A stretch of 64,000 nt of DNA from Camelus dromedarius (taxonomy: Eukaryota). The stretch covers positions 51,090,001 through 51,154,000 of the forward strand of contig NC_087436.1 of the NCBI RefSeq assembly GCF_036321535.1, in the 5' to 3' direction. The notes beneath the pieces are model-generated. The model was given only the letters and a program-made list of their open reading frames with translations. It was not told the origin of the DNA and searched no databases. A program made the translations under genes and the position numbers. Shown piece after piece: positions 62,301 to 64,000 of the stretch; the first letter of the stretch is position 1; every line of letters starts with the position of its first letter.

Positions 62301-64000
62301 AAAAACCAGTTGACTTTTCTGTATTTAACCTATCTTCGATTTGAATTCACTCCTAATATTTAAGAATATAAACTATATGGGAAGTGCTCTCATCTGATTA
62401 AGGCAATGAATTAATGTTCCAAATGTTCACACACTAGAATTGAAATGTCAGATAACAATTCAAACAAAGGTTATATGAGGAAAATATCACCTGTAAGAAA
62501 ATGATAGCATTTAGACAACTACACATTAATTTGGATGATACAGTAAGAATGCTGTTACTTTCATTGTAGGCTTCCCCCCAGATCTACTCCAGAGACCAAA
62601 CTGCCCCAGTGGTTATGTCTTTGTAGTCACTGTGGATTAGAAAGAGTAATTACAGAAATTATTTTTGTTTATGGCATTGAAACTACAGTTATAAATATTG
62701 AATTCTACAGTGTCAGCAGGGATGGCAAATGGCAGTGATACAAATGTTTTCTAATTATCTTAAAGCCCAGGCATCTCTGAACCTACTCTAGAAACGGTTT
62801 TGATATGATCCGGTTTGTGATCACACTTGACCCTATTCTTTGGTTCTTAAATCTGTGTCAGCCCAGGCACAGCGTAGGCAGATGGTAATGCTACGCATAT
62901 CTCTTCCTTTTCTAATCCCAGTCATTTTTGCTAATCTTACTCTCCAACATTGGCCAAGACAGAGCATTGCAAACCTCTCGAGCAGGAAGGAAATACTAAG
63001 GCTTGAGAGCTTCAACTTTCTGTCTGAACTCTCTGGATGACAGATTTATTTTGGCTCCAAGTTTGTTCCAAGGTTTTTCTGTCTTCTTTAAAAATTCAAA
63101 TCTTAGATTCACAAATGATGAAGAGTAAAAAAGGCAGGGACCTAACAAAAAAAATTTTGCATTATAAAAATGGAAAACTTCACATAATATTGGCAAAAAC
63201 CTGCTTTGCATTAACTTTCAGTGGATTAAGTAGTAAGAAACAACTTGGAGATGTTACTTATTCCTATTTTAGATATTTTAGATAATTTTATTTTAGATTA
63301 AATTTTTAGTCTAATTTAGATATTTTGGTACTTAGTAATATTTTAGATTAAAACTCTCTAAAATAATTATTATTCTTATGCAATATTTTAGATGAAAACT
63401 TGCAAAGTGGTAGCTACCCAGAATTTACTGGACCATCTATTGTATCTTAAACATTTGGATTCTAAGGTTTTAGTCTACCTTTTCCCTTTGTATGTAGGAG
63501 GCTATAATTGTAGTTGGAAAGTTTTATGGGGCTTAAAAATTCTGGCCTTGGGGGATTTTTTTCTCCCTACTAAATACTGGGTTTGCTGACTCAATTCTTG
63601 TTCTTGCTGTGAGTCTGTAATTAACTCTATAGACAAGGAGAAAGCGGGGTTCTTTCCTCAAATTAAAGGAAATCCCAGAGGCATGAAATTCAGAGTGGGA
63701 GAGTCTCACCTCACGTTACCAATGGCTTTTCAGTGAAAAGCTGTTTATATTCTCCTTCTGCTTAGCTTTCTAACTTTTAACTTTGTTGTTGTCATTGTTT
63801 TTAAATTAATAGTAAAAACTTAATTGTGAAAATACAGATAATCAGAAACATTTCATATTTCCAGAATCCAGGGATGATCAAGTTGATAATTTTGTGCATT
63901 AAATTCTTTCATCTATGCACATTTATTATTTTATTTTTAACAAATATGAATTTAACCTTGTTTAAAATTATGATTGTATCAGCAACAATTTTTCATGACA

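Overview
This is mammalian non-coding DNA: AT-rich, CpG-depleted and dominated by interspersed repeats. It is most likely camelid (alpaca, llama or camel), because it holds a tRNA-Ala-derived Vic-1-type SINE (62139-62300) and camelid/cetartiodactyl-type L1 3' ends, with no Alu or Bov-A/BovB seen. I recognise no protein-coding gene; the ORF track is chance ORFs plus L1 ORF2 remnants, so the window is probably intronic or intergenic. Repeats include L1, L2, MIR, MLT1, ERV1 solo LTRs (MER31-like, MER41-like, others), a decayed ERV1 provirus (about 24620-29335, minus strand) and Tigger/Charlie DNA transposon relics. Best-supported oddities: (1) a full-length U6 snRNA/L1 chimeric retrocopy with target-site duplication (15419-15747); (2) a 43-nt 28S rRNA P-loop fragment between microsatellites inside the provirus (27754-27796); (3) a 128-bp near-identical duplication inside the provirus; (4) CTCF and liver-type enhancer motifs; (5) a few well-formed but unidentified candidate exons, one possibly joined to an LTR-initiated ORF (speculative). 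Repeat subfamily names come from recalled consensus sequences, and old-repeat boundaries are approximate. I found no solid evidence for a new biological system.
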